From positions 16,374-80,373 of the forward strand of contig CASFRM010000006.1 of assembly GCA_949297185.1 (NCBI GenBank): a stretch of 64,000 nucleotides of DNA, given 5' to 3'. Origin of the DNA: an uncultured Pseudomonadota bacterium (lineage in GTDB: Bacteria > Pseudomonadota > Alphaproteobacteria > RF32 > CAG-239). Under the pieces are notes generated by a model. That model searched no databases. It saw only the letters and a program-made list of their open reading frames with translations, and was not told the DNA's origin. Each line of letters begins with the position of its first letter. Position 1 is the first letter of the stretch. The translations under genes were made by a program, and so were the position numbers. Shown here piece by piece: positions 63,701 to 64,000 of this stretch.

Positions 63701-64000
63701 ATGCTAAAATATCTCAAATATCTGTTTTTTTTAAGTTTTAGCTTCGGCTCATTAGCTGCCGTTGCTGCAGTTGTGGACAATGGCCGTGACGCCAACGGTA
63801 ACTTAATCGTATCAGAGGTTTTAGCAAAAAGATGTGGGTTAAGCTCCGGCAACCCCATAGTTACTAACGATTGCATAAACAGGCTTGCTTACGACTACAA
63901 GACGGGAATTATCACCGGCTATGCATCATATGCCGAGGAGCGTTCGGCAATAATGCACGACTATGTCGGAGAATATATATATAAAGCTGTTAAATCTTTG
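63701..64000 (+). CDS. Hypothetical secreted protein, 5' part (continues beyond the window; not in the ORF track)
   Basis: AGGAGG RBS 6 nt upstream of the ATG. Signal peptide MLKYLKYLFFLSFSFGSLAA. The frame stays open to the window end. Confidence 0.55.
   Translation, partial: MLKYLKYLFFLSFSFGSLAAVAAVVDNGRDANGNLIVSEVLAKRCGLSSGNPIVTNDCINRLAYDYKTGIITGYASYAEERSAIMHDYVGEYIYKAVKSL

Overview
AT-rich 64-kb chromosomal segment. Its housekeeping genes and local synteny (ihfB-lapA-accD, dnaK/dnaJ, cmk-rpsA, rpmH-rnpA-yidD-yidC-engB, xerD/aroK) look alphaproteobacterial. The T4SS genes, patatin, palindromic-repeat load and many ORFans suggest a host-associated lineage (Rickettsiales/Holosporales-like); this taxonomic call is inference only. 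Three accessory themes stand out. (1) At 36.2-47.0 kb there is a plasmid-R64-type type IVb pilus operon: TcpQ/PilL-like lipoprotein, lipoprotein secretin, PilO/PilP-like proteins, GspE-type ATPase, GspF-type platform and a prepilin. No prepilin peptidase is in view, and the operon is divergently paired with an orphan VirB6/TrbL-like gene. (2) At 53.9-64.0 kb a VirB-type T4SS operon begins with three paralogous VirB2-like pilin genes. The third is a 1424-aa protein in which the VirB2 two-helix core sits between long coiled-coil domains carrying paired cysteines. virB3, virB4 and unknown secreted proteins follow. (3) There are small mobile or noncoding oddities. Two tRNA genes (Arg-ACG, Val-GAC) each carry a partial self-duplication bracketing homologous ~170-200-bp hairpin-rich elements. 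A GIY-YIG nuclease gene lies between perfect 80-bp direct repeats inside arrays of GTCATTCTCGGG...CCCGAGAAT hairpin repeats. Also notable: dnaK and dnaJ are split by a 1186-aa antisense ORFan; three chaperone genes share a CTTG-N18-CCTAWAT promoter-like motif; there is an orphan flagellin-like gene with a beta-helix-like middle domain, an RquA-like methyltransferase and a pfs-apt-luxS cluster. All family calls rest on reading the translations by eye; no database search was possible.
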